Source: a virus (lineage: Duplodnaviria > Caudoviricetes). Taken from it: DNA of 42,111 bases. The first letter of the stretch is position 1, and each line of letters starts with the position of its first letter. Shown here in pieces: positions 7,479 to 16,503 of the stretch. The stretch is taken from positions 1 through 42,111 of IMG/VR virus record IMGVR_UViG_3300032074_000012; one strand, written 5' to 3'. The position numbers and the translations under genes were made by a program. The notes beneath the pieces are model-generated. The model was not told the origin of the DNA and made no database searches. It saw only the letters and a program-made list of their open reading frames with translations.

Positions 7479-8017
7479 TGCCATAATCAAAAAAATTACA
7501 CCCAAAGCTGCAAAGCAAAGTCCCGTGAAAGCATTGTCCACGTGCTTTGGGTCAAGAAAGTGTAAAACGACATGTTTGGGCTCATTTTGCATAGCGGGCT
7601 CCTAGTTATCGGGCATCCTATAGCATAACAATCGGGCCTCTCGGCCTATTCCCTAGCGAGATAAAATGTTTGTTTTTGATAAGATATTCAATAAACCCGC
7701 CCAAACCCGCCATATAAGCCACTATAGGCTTATGAGAGAGCAAAAGATTGATTATAATGCATCTGTAAGCGAAGCTATGGTCCCGTCAAGTGATATAATG
7801 GAGAATCTGGCCGGTTTGAGGCATTATAGCCTAAACTATGACGCGGTGCTCTCTCCTTTATATAGCACGCATGTCGGTGGTCCGTTTAGAAGCTCGTCTG
7901 AAAGCTCAAAATGTCACCCGAAAGATAGCCCGGATGCTCCTGTGGACAGTTGCCAAAATGATGATTTTGAGCAATATTTAGGAGAGAGCCGAGAATTCCA
8001 GAAGCTTAGGCGAAACC

Positions 8018-8431
8018 CTAAGAATCATCGTTCATGAAAACGACGGGCATAAATGTAGAATACAGCGACGACTTGAGAAATAGCAGCTCGGGCGGGATGT
8101 CTGTGTAGTGGTAGTAAAAGTCGTCATATGTCTCAAATAGTGTGCGGCTCTCAGGATAGACACAATCCACTCCAATTCCTAAAACCGAATGCTCCCGGAC
8201 GATGTAGACGTTTTCAGGCTCCCCCTTACGTCTCACGACCGGGCACACCTTTCCGTTGCGTATATGTGTAATCTCCCATGGGTTGACGTCTTGGGCAGTT
8301 TCGCTAATTGCGGCAGACCTGGCGGTTTCGGACACTTTCAACGGGGCTCCTGGGTTGAGCGAAAAACGACACCACACCTCACTGGCCCAGGCTAGGGTCA
8401 AACCGGACTGGAATTCCAGAGGATTTTGCAA
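8018..8431 (-). CDS. Hypothetical protein (start uncertain)
   Basis: C-terminal half looks protein-like; divergent from the sigma gene. Confidence 0.4.
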   Translation of the reverse strand: MQNPLEFQSGLTLAWASEVWCRFSLNPGAPLKVSETARSAAISETAQDVNPWEITHIRNGKVCPVVRRKGEPENVYIVREHSVLGIGVDCVYPESRTLFETYDDFYYHYTDIPPELLFLKSSLYSTFMPVVFMNDDS

Positions 8432-8493
8432 TATTTTTCAAAAAGTGAGTATATTTTTTAAAACGGCATTACTCCTCAAGTCACGGAGCTTCC

Positions 8494-9015
8494 ATGAAAC
8501 CGACCGAGTTCCACAAAACCTACCACCGCCGCGTTCGCTCCTATGCTCACTTAATGGCCAAGAAATGGGGCCTACCCGCCCATATTGCTCAAGACCTAGA
8601 ACAAGCCTGTTGGCTGGGGATTATCGAAGCTTTGCCCTATTGGAAGGCGTCCGACGGTACAAGAGCCCATAAGTCCGCTTTCAATTGGTGCGCTCCCGTT
8701 ATGTGCCGCGAGATGGAAAAAGTGATTCGAACACATCACGGTATGCGCCCTTTAAGTAGCGGCAAAATTGAGGCCCTGACGGACTCTGAAGACTTTTCAA
8801 CATTCCAGGGCCGTTCTATGGATGTTGAGTCCGCTATAGATTTGAAGCAAGCTCTACAGAACGATCCGAAACCGATCCATGTGGCACGGTTTGTGCTTAC
8901 AGCCATCAATCCGAATGAACAGGCCGCAGTCGCTGTAAACAACCGCGTCTCTAGGCAAGCGATCTGTATGTCTGTGAGGCGCACAAGGGAGCGGTTGCGT
9001 CTCGCTTTGGGATAA
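8494..9015 (+). CDS. Phage sigma70-family factor (sigma2 plus sigma4 only)
   Basis: QDLEQACWLGIIEALPYWKASDG...AFNWC matches region 2 (DLxQ...GL.EA); C-terminal HTH VSRQAICMSVRRTRERLR matches region 4. Confidence 0.75.
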   Translation: MKPTEFHKTYHRRVRSYAHLMAKKWGLPAHIAQDLEQACWLGIIEALPYWKASDGTRAHKSAFNWCAPVMCREMEKVIRTHHGMRPLSSGKIEALTDSEDFSTFQGRSMDVESAIDLKQALQNDPKPIHVARFVLTAINPNEQAAVAVNNRVSRQAICMSVRRTRERLRLALG

Positions 9016-9074
9016 TGTAGAGGGGTGGTGCCATCCGGGATTGGGCCCGGACGGACACCGAAAGTAGCTATACC

Positions 9075-9602
9075 ATGGCTCATGATCCGTATGCAGAGGA
9101 AATGCCCCACTTTTTAGACTTAGGCTCACATTCGCAGCGTTTTGCGATTTTGTGGAAGCATCACGAAGAAACCCAGAAAAAGATAGAATGGCTTGAAGAG
9201 CAGCTTGCGGCGATGTCCGCCCTCCTAGACGCCCGCCGAGGCGAGGCGGCGACGGATGGTGGGCAGGAAGCCGCGATAGCTGCTGAAACACCTCATCAGA
9301 GAATTCAGCGGCGTTTTCCATATTTTGCCGATAGCTCGAAAGTCGCTGTTTTCGAGCAGCATCTGACAACCTTAGGCAATCCGTCCGACGCGGAAATAAT
9401 TAAGTTTTTTAAACAATGGGACGTGACGCGCCCATATTCTAAAGAACAGCTCCGGCACAAGTTTGGCCTTAATGAAGCTCAACAAAAGGCATGGCAGGCC
9501 CTGGGGCGGGCTAAGGGATATATTAAGTACATCGAGAAGAAGGGGTATCAAATTGTTCAAAAGAAGAAAGTAGACACAGTCGTCCCGAATAGCGAAGCTT
9601 GA
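9075..9602 (+). CDS. Coiled-coil plus possible winged-helix protein
   Basis: N-terminal coiled coil; C-terminal SKEQLRHKFGL...KGYIKY wHTH-like segment. Confidence 0.6.
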   Translation: MAHDPYAEEMPHFLDLGSHSQRFAILWKHHEETQKKIEWLEEQLAAMSALLDARRGEAATDGGQEAAIAAETPHQRIQRRFPYFADSSKVAVFEQHLTTLGNPSDAEIIKFFKQWDVTRPYSKEQLRHKFGLNEAQQKAWQALGRAKGYIKYIEKKGYQIVQKKKVDTVVPNSEA

Positions 9603-9779
9603 ACACTATGGCTTTAATCCGGCGCCTCGCTTCGGTCACCGGCTGAAAGCCACTTCGTTCTAACTCCGTTAGCTTGCCATATTTTCACCAATAAAGCAAT
9701 AGCCCTGAGATGTTTTTTCAGATTAACGTCTCAGGGCCCTTTCTTGCCCGTTTTGGCGATATCGCCCACACTGTCAGAC

Positions 9780-10736
9780 ATGCCATCTACAGACGGAAAG
9801 ATCCGTATTCTGGCCATCCATGGCGGCGGGATACGTGGAGCCATACCCGCCAGGATTCTCCAATTCCTCGAGGAAACAACCGGGCAGCCCATTTGGCAGC
9901 TCTTTGATATGGTTTGTGGCGCATCGACAGGTGGGCTACTGGCCGCTGCTTTGACCAAGCCCTACCCCTATTCGGCGGCCCAGGCGGTTCAGCTGTATAA
10001 AAACCGGGGCAAGGAGATTTTCTACCGTTCCCTGTGGCACAGGACTAAAACGCTGAACGGGAAGGTTGGGCCCCGGTATGACGGAAGCGGGCTCGACAGT
10101 GTTTTGAGCGACGTTTTCCAGCTCGATTCGCTGGCATCGACAAAAGTGCCCCTTTTTATGCCCGCCTACGATATTGAGAATCGGAGCGTCGTCTTCTTCA
10201 AAAGCTGGGAAGGCTCCGAAGCGCTCAAGATTAAGCTGTCCGACGTTTGCCGAGCCACCGCAGCCGGACCGACCTATTTTCCCCCTGGCTGTGTAAACGG
10301 CCAATATTTTATAGATGGCGGGACGGTCAATAACAATCCGGCCCTGAGCGGCGTTATTGAAGCTTGCATGAAATATAACGTGCACACCAAAGATGCTCTC
10401 GTTTTATCCTTAGGTACGGGGATTGACGTTAAGCCTATCCTTTATTCGAAAGCGCGCGGCTGGGGCCCGTTAGGTTGGGTCGAGCCTCTTATCTCTGTTT
10501 TTACGGACGGCGTATCCGACTTAACGGATTATCAAATGCGCGATCTTATGCGCGATGCTAACTTCTTTCATTATCAAACAGTGCTCCCTCCTGCTCACGC
10601 CGATATGGACAATGTGGAGGACGGGAACGTGGATTATTTAATACAGGCCGCCGAGAGTGTGATTGACTCAAACAAGGCCGAGTTGCTAAGTTTGTGTGAA
10701 CGTTTGAAAGGGGCCTCTGGTGACGACAAAAGCTGA
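9780..10736 (+). CDS. Patatin-like phospholipase
   Basis: GGGIRG oxyanion loop, GASTG nucleophile elbow, AAGPTYFPP and catalytic IDGG. Confidence 0.93.
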   Translation: MPSTDGKIRILAIHGGGIRGAIPARILQFLEETTGQPIWQLFDMVCGASTGGLLAAALTKPYPYSAAQAVQLYKNRGKEIFYRSLWHRTKTLNGKVGPRYDGSGLDSVLSDVFQLDSLASTKVPLFMPAYDIENRSVVFFKSWEGSEALKIKLSDVCRATAAGPTYFPPGCVNGQYFIDGGTVNNNPALSGVIEACMKYNVHTKDALVLSLGTGIDVKPILYSKARGWGPLGWVEPLISVFTDGVSDLTDYQMRDLMRDANFFHYQTVLPPAHADMDNVEDGNVDYLIQAAESVIDSNKAELLSLCERLKGASGDDKS

Positions 10737-10968
10737 TTCTGACATAGGTAACTTTATCGACGCTCTTTTGACCGGACTTGAGACTTTGGCTGATATCGAG
10801 TCCGTTTGGTCCTTTTGCGAAAGCGATCGTGCTTGCCCCGATAAAAAGTTTAAGCTGCTGTATCAAGAGGTAGAGGCCGATTTGCGCCATTTCGAGGACG
10901 CGACAGGGTTTTCGGCCAAAAAGCTTTTGAGCAAATGGAATAAGGTAGACCGTGGGCCACAAGCGTAA
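10720..10968 (+). CDS. Hypothetical protein
   Basis: AAGGGG SD; overlaps the patatin stop. Confidence 0.65.
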   Translation: MTTKADSDIGNFIDALLTGLETLADIESVWSFCESDRACPDKKFKLLYQEVEADLRHFEDATGFSAKKLLSKWNKVDRGPQA

Positions 10969-11260
10969 AGCGCCGCATCCTTCCCCTTTGACGATATTGG
11001 CGATCTTCCATGCCCGGTCGCTCGGCGTCCCTTTCCGGATTATTGCCGAGAACACTAAAATTGCCGAATCGACCTTGAAACGGTGGTACGACCAATGGGG
11101 CCACGAGCGGCACCTGTACCATCGCCTTATCGCACCCTTCACCGAAAAAAATGAAAAACGAATTCTGCTGGCAGTAATTCGGCAAAAGGGCATGAAATTG
11201 CCGCAGGTGTGCGGAGCCCCCAGATTATTTAATCTTGATCCGACGGAACGGTTACCCTAG
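10952..11260 (+). CDS. HTH DNA-binding protein
   Basis: GVPFRIIAENTKIAESTLKRW helix-turn-helix. Confidence 0.7.
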   Translation: MGHKRKAPHPSPLTILAIFHARSLGVPFRIIAENTKIAESTLKRWYDQWGHERHLYHRLIAPFTEKNEKRILLAVIRQKGMKLPQVCGAPRLFNLDPTERLP

Positions 11261-11433
11261 TCTGACCCCTCGGCTTCAATTTTGGAGCCCTGAGTCCGAA
11301 GGTGGTCTTACAGAGTATGCATCGCACATTTGGCGTCGGTTCAAATTCCACAGGTGGAATTAAAAAAGCTGAGCCGCACGACGGGCAGGTGTATTTCAAG
11401 ACCCATTCAGTTAAAACGCGCATAGGGGATACC

Positions 11434-12327
11434 GTGAGTGAAAAGCGATTCTTGCCGCCGACCCTGGCCGCTTGGGCCCAAGATGTGGAAAACGATGATT
11501 CTCCCTCCTTTGTGATCAGAGACGTGCTTCCTGCCGATAACCTTATCTTACTGTCGGGACAACCTAAAGATGCCAAAAAAACTTGGTTTGCCATGCTCAC
11601 TGCCTTGGTGGCTGCCACTGGTGTTTCTTTACCTTCCCTGGCGGTAAGCGAGCCGGTGCCCGTCCTTTACATTTATCGTGAAGGAGCGCGCCGGAGCACC
11701 TTGCAGCGGTTCAAAGCCCTAGCAGCGGGCCATAACCTCCCCCCTATCCATTCCATCGACAATCTCTATTTTCACCATCGCGGTAACTTCTGGCTGGACC
11801 AGGGCCATTGGGTGGGCGAGGTGTGCGATTTTATCCGTTCGGCTGGAATCAAGGTCGTCTACATAGATACGTTCGCTAAGTCCATGCAATCAGATGAGAA
11901 CAGTTCCCGTGAGGTGGGCATTGCTGTGCAAAACGCTGAGAAAATGCGGGATGCGGGCGCTACCGTCGTTTTGGTGCACCATCTTAAGAAGGGCGCCCAT
12001 GCGCTGAGCAATGGCAGAAGCGGCACTCCGGAGCCAGATAAGGACCTTCGCGGCTCTTCTGCTTTGGCTGGCGCTTATGAGACACATTGGGCCATCCGTA
12101 GCTATCCGCAAGAGGACAGCCGGAAACGCGTGACCCAGGTGTTTATCGGCGGCAAGGAGGCCGAATGGCAGGCTTACACCTATGACTGGGATTTTGTTAC
12201 GATTGAGCAAAGGGGCGAAAAGCTTCTAAAAGCGGTAACGCTGAAGATGTTACCGGATGGCGACCTTCCTTATGTTTCTTCCGCGGAGAGCGATTCGAAG
12301 CAATCCGGGCAGGCGTGGATGCTATGA
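11434..12327 (+). CDS. RecA-family (AAA_25/RepA-like) helicase
   Basis: Walker A-like LSGQPKDAKKT, Walker B VVYIDTF, DEN, VLVHHLKK and LRGSSALAG; AGGGG SD before GTG 11434. Confidence 0.85.
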   Translation: MSEKRFLPPTLAAWAQDVENDDSPSFVIRDVLPADNLILLSGQPKDAKKTWFAMLTALVAATGVSLPSLAVSEPVPVLYIYREGARRSTLQRFKALAAGHNLPPIHSIDNLYFHHRGNFWLDQGHWVGEVCDFIRSAGIKVVYIDTFAKSMQSDENSSREVGIAVQNAEKMRDAGATVVLVHHLKKGAHALSNGRSGTPEPDKDLRGSSALAGAYETHWAIRSYPQEDSRKRVTQVFIGGKEAEWQAYTYDWDFVTIEQRGEKLLKAVTLKMLPDGDLPYVSSAESDSKQSGQAWML

Positions 12328-12659
12328 GCGAAACCCTTCAATGTTGGGAGTGTGGCATCGTTTATGACCCTGCGCTTACTGCTTCAATCGTGGACGGGAA
12401 CGCTCGGTTTTGCGGGATGTCATGCTATTGCATCTATTACAGAAAGAAGGACGAGGTGACCGATAACGTCAATCATCCGGCCCATTACACAAAGCATCCA
12501 TCCGGGGTAGAAGCGATACAAATTACTGAGCACATGTCCTTTACCCTAGGCAACGCTCTAAAGTATATTTGGCGAGCGGATTTGAAAAACGGGGTGGAAG
12601 ATCTAGAGAAAGCTGTTTGGTATCTTAAGCGAGAAATCGAGAAGAGGAAGGCCAAGTGA
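12324..12659 (+). CDS. DUF3310 (T7 gp1.7/SaV-like) protein with N-terminal Cys zinc finger
   Basis: DNVNHPAHY...GNALKYIWRA..KNGVEDLEKAVWYL; CWEC...FCGMSC. Confidence 0.88.
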   Translation: MSETLQCWECGIVYDPALTASIVDGNARFCGMSCYCIYYRKKDEVTDNVNHPAHYTKHPSGVEAIQITEHMSFTLGNALKYIWRADLKNGVEDLEKAVWYLKREIEKRKAK

Positions 12660-13039
12660 GCATAAGTCTTATCGGCAAGTACATTCGTGGCGCTTTATAC
12701 GATGGTAACGATATCTACCTTGTTGAAGCAAACCGGCGCGTCTTTCAAATGTATCCGTGGACCGAGGATGGCCCGGTAGACGACGCCGGACAGATCGTTA
12801 GCGTAACAAACTCCGGGGCGCTCTTTGACGTGCATGTGAAGGATTTTCGGGAAATCGAGCCGGGCTTGAAGATCGACGGCGAGGTTGCCGGTTTTATTAA
12901 AACTTACCAGATTGAGACTTCTAAGGGTATTTGCTTAGTTTCGATGCGAGCGCCCATTACAGACGGAGACTTTGGGCTTGCATTGGCTGACTATAAAGGC
13001 GAGCCTCACGAAGACCTTCGGAAACTTGGTGACTTTTGA
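12656..13039 (+). CDS. Hypothetical protein
   Basis: GTGA overlap with the upstream gene; SD present. Confidence 0.7.
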   Translation: MSISLIGKYIRGALYDGNDIYLVEANRRVFQMYPWTEDGPVDDAGQIVSVTNSGALFDVHVKDFREIEPGLKIDGEVAGFIKTYQIETSKGICLVSMRAPITDGDFGLALADYKGEPHEDLRKLGDF

Positions 13040-13230
13040 AAGGATTTGTCATGTATGCTCCCGATATCAAGACACAGCACGTTACGATTGAATTGCCTGT
13101 TGGCGTTATTCAGCTGGTAAAGGATAGTAACGATTCGCCGCTTACGGTAGAGCAAGTTTTGGCTTTTATGATCATACAGAAGGTCGATGATATTATTGCG
13201 CCCCCGGACGGGGAAGCTGAGAAAAGTTAA
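13036..13230 (+). CDS. Small hypothetical protein
   Basis: Packed operon; likely ATG 13051 after AAGGA. Confidence 0.6.
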   Translation: MKGFVMYAPDIKTQHVTIELPVGVIQLVKDSNDSPLTVEQVLAFMIIQKVDDIIAPPDGEAEKS

Positions 13231-13421
13231 TGTTTTCCGTAGAAGAGTACGCTACGATCTTAAACGCCCTTCGCTTCTATTATCATAATAATCCGCAATG
13301 TGCGGAAGAAGCGGCGTTATGCGAGAAGATTATAGCAATGCTCAAACTTGCCGAAACCGACAAATCCCCTCCCGAGCAATCCCCGCAATCCACGTTAAAG
13401 TGGGCTACCCTGAAAAAATAG
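13230..13421 (+). CDS. Small hypothetical protein
   Basis: TAATG overlap with the upstream gene. Confidence 0.6.
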   Translation: MFSVEEYATILNALRFYYHNNPQCAEEAALCEKIIAMLKLAETDKSPPEQSPQSTLKWATLKK

Positions 13422-13503
13422 ACCGACTTTTTATATCCCTAGGTGGAATATCTCTAGCGTGCCGATTGTTTTCCCTGTAGGTAAAAAACCGAAGGGGTGT
13501 TAC

Positions 13504-14376
13504 ATGAAGCTTTCAAAATTTGTAGAGACTTTTTACGCGGCGTGTCGTGAGAGTAAGAATTCGGCTGGTGAAATGGCGCAAAAGACCATGGCCATGAATA
13601 ATCATCTTTTGCCGTTTTTTGGTGATATGGAGCTAGAATCTATCGGACCTAGCGATATACGCCGTTATAAAAACGATAAGAGCGCCGATGATTTGTCTGC
13701 TAAAACGATCAATAATCATCTTACAGTCTTATCCCGTTGCTTAGCTGTAGCAAGAGAGGAAGGTGTTTTGAAAGCGCCTAAATGGACTGTAAAGCTTATG
13801 AAGGTAGACGCTATGGAATCTCGTTTCTTAGAGAATTCTGAAATAGCCCAGCTTGTTAAGGCGGCTGAAGAAGAAGACAATACTGAATGGAAGCAAATGA
13901 TTTTGATTGGTCTTAATACAGGTATGCGGATTAGTGAGATGCTGGCCCTAGACTGGAAAGATGTAAATTTGAACGGTTCTGTCCGTAAAATTAATGTTTG
14001 CGCATCTGTTTGCCGTGAAACTGGAAAGCTTAAGAAAGTTAAAAATGGGCTGGCAAGAGACGTTGCGCTCAATCCTATGGCCGCTGCTGTATTTAAGGCG
14101 ATGGAGCATAGGGAAGGGCCCGTTTTCAGTATGTCGTATCAAGGCGCATATTCGGCCATGAAACGGATTGTTGAGCGGGCCGGACTACACGATATCGGCT
14201 GGCACAGTCTGAGGCATACCTTCGCATCTGCCCTAGTTACGTCTGGCGTGCCTCTTTTGACTGTTTCGCGTCTGTTAGGCCACAAAAGCCTTAAGATGAC
14301 CGAACGTTATGCGCACCTCTCACAAGAGAAAAACAAGGACGCGGTGGCCGTTTTGGCTTCAGCGATGGGATTCTAA
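13504..14376 (+). CDS. Tyrosine recombinase 1 (Xer-like size, no arm domain)
   Basis: TGMRISE (R), VKNG (K), HSLRH, LGH and TERY (Y) are all present. Confidence 0.95.
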   Translation: MKLSKFVETFYAACRESKNSAGEMAQKTMAMNNHLLPFFGDMELESIGPSDIRRYKNDKSADDLSAKTINNHLTVLSRCLAVAREEGVLKAPKWTVKLMKVDAMESRFLENSEIAQLVKAAEEEDNTEWKQMILIGLNTGMRISEMLALDWKDVNLNGSVRKINVCASVCRETGKLKKVKNGLARDVALNPMAAAVFKAMEHREGPVFSMSYQGAYSAMKRIVERAGLHDIGWHSLRHTFASALVTSGVPLLTVSRLLGHKSLKMTERYAHLSQEKNKDAVAVLASAMGF

Positions 14377-14377
14377 A

Positions 14378-14638
14378 ATGAAGGCGAAACATGTTCAATT
14401 AGAAGATATGGTTAATATTATTGAGAAATGCTTTTATATTCTCAAAACTAACAAGATGATATCGGACGATCAAGAAGCTTCGGTTGCGCTAAAGCTGCTA
14501 GAAAGCTGCTATAAGGATCTCATTCTAACTGTATCGTCGATGGGCGAAGCTTTAGGTAAAATTGAAGGAGTGAGGGATAATGAGAGCGAACCTTTCAGAC
14601 TACGCAAAAGGAGCCAAAGTGACAGCAAATCAAATTAG
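14378..14638 (+). CDS. Hypothetical protein
   Basis: ATG directly after the recombinase stop (MKAKHVQ...). Confidence 0.6.
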   Translation: MKAKHVQLEDMVNIIEKCFYILKTNKMISDDQEASVALKLLESCYKDLILTVSSMGEALGKIEGVRDNESEPFRLRKRSQSDSKSN

Positions 14639-14768
14639 CTTGCCGTTAATGGTTGCTATCCCCACAGCTACATACCTCATAACCGGGGGAGACTTGCGGC
14701 AAACTATCATCTCCGCTTGTTTTACGGCCCTTGGTATCATTGTGGGCGCTTTCGTTAACTTTCGTTAA
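14619..14768 (+). CDS. Small two-TM membrane protein
   Basis: AAGGAG SD before GTG 14619; two hydrophobic stretches. Confidence 0.55.
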   Translation: MTANQISLPLMVAIPTATYLITGGDLRQTIISACFTALGIIVGAFVNFR

Positions 14769-14830
14769 GTTACACAATGGGCCCGCTTTTATAGGGGCCC
14801 GCTTTATTATTTAAGTAAAAGGGGTTTATT

Positions 14831-15397
14831 ATGAGTAAGAAGAAGATTGTTAAGATGTGGCCTGAGACTATGGAATTGCGCGTTAGAACTGTATTGTCGG
14901 AAATTTGCGAACATGAGGAGTGGATTGATTATAACATCAGTATTTACGTTAATAAGGCGGATGCGAAGGATGCAGCCGATCCCGATAGTGAGCCGATAAT
15001 TAAGGTTGGAACGGCACGAGTATGGCGTTATTTAGGCAAGTACGGATATAACGCTATGGAATCGTTTGATCTGACACAAGATATGTATGATCTATGGTCT
15101 GCCATGATCTCAAAGGATGCTAGAAAAGCTTTCGATTTTTACGACGAGCTAGATTATGATCTTCTTTATGTAGATAGGATCAAAATTGATAACGCGTATA
15201 AAGCTCAGGGATTAGGCACCCTGGCGATTAAGAAGATAGAGGAGTACCTTGGCTCTCAATGCGGTTTAGTGACGGTTATTCCGGACCATGGTAAGAATCT
15301 TGAGAGATTAAAAAAATGGTATAAACGGTTGGGTTATAAGGAAGCTGGCGACACTAATGTATTCTACAAGTCTTTGCGGGATTGGAGCGACGAGTGA
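14831..15397 (+). CDS. GNAT-family acetyltransferase 2
   Basis: YVDRIKIDNAYKAQGLGT (motif A) and LKKWYKRLGY (motif B). Confidence 0.82.
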   Translation: MSKKKIVKMWPETMELRVRTVLSEICEHEEWIDYNISIYVNKADAKDAADPDSEPIIKVGTARVWRYLGKYGYNAMESFDLTQDMYDLWSAMISKDARKAFDFYDELDYDLLYVDRIKIDNAYKAQGLGTLAIKKIEEYLGSQCGLVTVIPDHGKNLERLKKWYKRLGYKEAGDTNVFYKSLRDWSDE

Positions 15398-16503
15398 AAC
15401 CTTATTTCAAGGAAGGCTATAAAACACTTTTTATTAAGTTTATGTATAAAGCGCCAGGCTGGCTAAAGGCTAAGCGTATACAGCTAAACACGCACGAAAC
15501 GAATGAAACGCTGGCTATCCGTAAAGGGGTAAAGTTAAGAGAGGAATACATAGCAAGGCACGAAGCTGGTGCTGGACTTACCCTTTCGGATTTGCAGAGG
15601 TTGGACGAGGAACGTGCAGCTACCGAGGGATATGACGAGAGACACCGAAAAACTGAGATTGGGCCGCATTGGAATAATCTTAAGATTTTCTTCAAAACGC
15701 CTGGCGATGTCTCTTATGAGTCTCTGAAAAAATATGTGATCTTTTGCCGAAATCAAACGAAACCGGACGGAAGCAAAAGATTTAGCGATATGACAATCCG
15801 GCGCCATTGTGCGACGTTACGGAGGGGATTGGCTTGTGCGAGATTAGATGGCCATACCGTGCCAATTATTGCTGACGAAGCGTGGCCGAAATTTAAGAAG
15901 AAAGGGAAGACAAAGGGCAAAAAACAGTCGAGCGGCAATTTTTCCCCTGAGCAAATAAGGGATCTGATTAGCTCGCTTTCCGGCCATGCCTTCGATACGG
16001 CGCTAATTTACGCTTGCACAGGTATGCGGGCAGAAGAAGGAGAAGAGGCTTCTTTTAGACAATTTACCCCGATGGATAATATGCCAGGCTGTGCAGGTAG
16101 ATTCTTAATTATCGGTAAAGAAGACGATGATAGAGAGGTTGGAATACCTGTTACCCTTTTGCCAATTTTGAAGCGGGCTCTACCGTTGAAGGTAGACCAT
16201 AAAAACGTCTTCAAGACGGCGGCTGAAGAAGCGGGTATGGGCACCAAGTTTAACCGTAGGGACTTTAGAGCGGCGTATAACACCACGGTAAGCGAGGAGG
16301 ACCATTATGGTGCCCGCCTTACCATGGGCCATTCAGGGGAAACAAACGACCTGTATCAAAATATCTACGCCGAGCGCCTTGCAAGGCTGGCCCTGTTTGC
16401 GTGGGCCCGGTTAGCCCCGGCTCCAGACCACGAAAACCTGGCTCCTATTGTGGCTAAAAACGGATATTATAGGCGGCGCGTCAAAAAGAAAAAGCCCTTA
16501 TAA
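15394..16503 (+). CDS. int: Tyrosine recombinase 2 (integrase with N-terminal arm-binding-like domain)
   Basis: TGMRAEE, IGK, RRDFR (variant HxxR), MGHS and DLY; attP-like repeats at its 3' end. Confidence 0.85.
   Translation: MKPYFKEGYKTLFIKFMYKAPGWLKAKRIQLNTHETNETLAIRKGVKLREEYIARHEAGAGLTLSDLQRLDEERAATEGYDERHRKTEIGPHWNNLKIFFKTPGDVSYESLKKYVIFCRNQTKPDGSKRFSDMTIRRHCATLRRGLACARLDGHTVPIIADEAWPKFKKKGKTKGKKQSSGNFSPEQIRDLISSLSGHAFDTALIYACTGMRAEEGEEASFRQFTPMDNMPGCAGRFLIIGKEDDDREVGIPVTLLPILKRALPLKVDHKNVFKTAAEEAGMGTKFNRRDFRAAYNTTVSEEDHYGARLTMGHSGETNDLYQNIYAERLARLALFAWARLAPAPDHENLAPIVAKNGYYRRRVKKKKPL

Noticed and set aside
9710-9745. T6 slippage fusing ATG 9710 to the patatin frame
   Set aside because: The run is short and patatin has its own plausible promoter and ATG at 9780.
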